Assembly: GCF_963921235.1 (NCBI RefSeq)
Contig: NC_086108.1
Coordinates: 66,466,001 to 66,530,000 of the forward strand
Reading direction: 5' to 3'
Length of the DNA stretch: 64,000 bases
Source: Mobula hypostoma
Lineage: Eukaryota
Shown: positions 62,033 to 64,000 of the stretch, piece by piece
How the letters are laid out: each line of letters begins with the position of its first letter
Numbering within the stretch: position 1 is the first letter of the stretch
The notes under the pieces: model-generated
The model's input: the letters and a program-made list of their open reading frames with translations, nothing else
Told to the model about the DNA's origin: nothing
Database searches by the model: none
Translations under genes and position numbers: made by a program

Positions 62033-62427
62033 TCGACACGCCATAGGCTCTCGAAAGTCATGTAAATGAGTCTAGAGCCTCATTTTCATACTTTTGGCAA
62101 CACAACGACTTAGTCAATGTAAAATGAAGATATAAGCTTGGTAATAAAACGAGGCCTATCATTAGGTGGATAGTTTTCTTTTGTAAATTAGATATAAAAT
62201 AATATTTGCAAACCTGGAATTGGTTATAACTTTCATAATCCTTATATATTTTTAGGATTTTTACACCTAATCTACTCAAGCTATAGAATACAAATATTTC
62301 TCAATAAGTACTACGCATTAGATGTTACCCACTGGGCACAAAGATGTCCTGGTTTGTATCAACACGACGTAAATACGGTGTTATTTTACAGCATTAACGT
62401 AAGAAATGAATGGTGCTGAATTCTAAC

Positions 62428-62728
62428 AGTCAAGATGGATAACTTCACCCACCCCAGCACTGATCCGATTCCACAACCTATGGACTCACTTTAATGGACT
62501 CTACACTCATGTTCTAGATACTTATTGTTTTTTTTCTTTTTCTATTTGCATAGTCTGTTGTATTTTGCACATTGTTTTTTTTGTCGGTCTCTGTCGTAAG
62601 CGGGTTTTCACTGATTCTATTGTGATTCTTTCTATTTACTATGAATGTCCACAAGAAAATAAATGTTAGGGTAGTATGTGGTGACGTATATGTACTTTGA
62701 TAATAAATTTAATTGAACTTTGAACTTA
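62428..62728 (+). mobile_element. Rex1/Babar 3' UTR and tail
   Basis: Homologous to 20865-21129; TTGAACTTTGAACTT tail. Confidence 0.8.
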
Positions 62729-64000
62729 GTGATTGTTATCGCGTTGCACACTTAATTAGATTTGGAGATGCAATAGATTACCAATGCTCGAGTCCGAAGC
62801 AACAAACAATCTGATGCAAAGTTTCTACCTGAAAAGTTGACATTTCCTACCCCCCCCCCCACCCCCGTCGAGTAAATTTTGTCCATTTTACTCTGGTATT
62901 CTGATTCCATTTCTCGATTGCCAACGTTTGGGTCGTCTACATTTTAAAGATATCCAAACTGCGCATCAAACATGATCTTGTTTTCGGAAATTTCTTTCCG
63001 CAAGGAAACTACGCTCAGCCCGCGTTTTGGTTGTCAATTAAAATTCTTTCCTTCCCTTAAAGCATTCAGTGTGCCCAGTGGCACCGAATTTTTAGCTCGG
63101 CATCACCTCGTATGTTAGTACTTTGTAGCTCATTACTCATGTTGACTTATTGTTCTATGATTTCATTTTTATCAGGTCATGCCAAATATCATAACTTCCG
63201 TATCATTTTGCAGAATTCGTTAATCTGTACTAAGAACCATAAGCGCTACTTCTAAAATTTATGAATTAACCCGTCATTGAGTGTGCAAGGAGTTTTAATT
63301 CTGCATTCTGAGTTTACTGTATGTTGTTCTGTCGAATCCATCAATGAAAATCTATTAACTTCAGAAAAAAAGCTTGGATGTGCGCCATGTCTCATATATT
63401 GCAGCACATAATTTTTCAATATAGAAATCTGTTTTGACCTCCGAAACAATTATGACAAATGATTAATATGCTTTCCACTAGCAAGCCGCCTCAAATACCA
63501 GTTTCAGGGTGGCGAGTTCCCTGCCACAAACACGTACACTTCCATATGCTTGTGGTTAAACTAACCAGCCGTACTAGATCTGGTAAGCGGCTACATATCA
63601 CGTAACGTTGATATATACAAGGAAACGAAAGTGTTTTAAGTATTTCAGACTCATTAGTTAGTGTTCTGCCGGTGTTTTGGGACTCTGGGCGAATTAGACA
63701 ATGTGACGTGCTTAGAAGGGACTTTATTACCCTTCCAGCTAATCGCCTTGACTGGAATTTTATTAGCCGCACAACCTTGACGTTACCTGGTAACAGTTGA
63801 GTTCAGGTGATAAGATGGAAGGGCTAATGGGTTTTGTACGTCAGTCAGGGCTATTGAAACGGATTATACAGCAGATCTGTAAATCCAGGGCGGAGAACAA
63901 AAATTACAATTTTCCATTGATTCTGGAGATGAGAGCCAAGGCATACATTAGAAGATCCTTCAGCAGAGAGAATATTATAATTAAAGGTGGCCTCTGTGCG

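Overview
This is eukaryotic, repeat-dense, AT-rich DNA with no recognisable intact host protein-coding gene, rRNA, tRNA or CRISPR array. The repeat mix suggests a cartilaginous fish, probably a ray (inference). It includes CR1 LINEs with (TTTCTATG)n tails, Rex1/Babar LINEs, Penelope/GIY-YIG retroelements, V-domain tRNA SINEs, and RTE, Gypsy, Tc1 and hAT remnants. All long ORFs I can assign are broken transposon ORFs or their antisense shadows. Main observations: (1) Penelope ends carry a minimal hammerhead-ribozyme-like motif, and a family of short Penelope-derived hairpin elements is flanked by 9-15 bp direct repeats; (2) several nested insertions have readable junctions; (3) unique sequence at about 42-45.6 kb and 54-64 kb retains many CpGs, and several repeat-free blocks look like enhancers, suggesting the regulatory neighbourhood of a developmental gene. 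Coordinates of degraded repeats are approximate. No database search was possible, so novelty is unverified.
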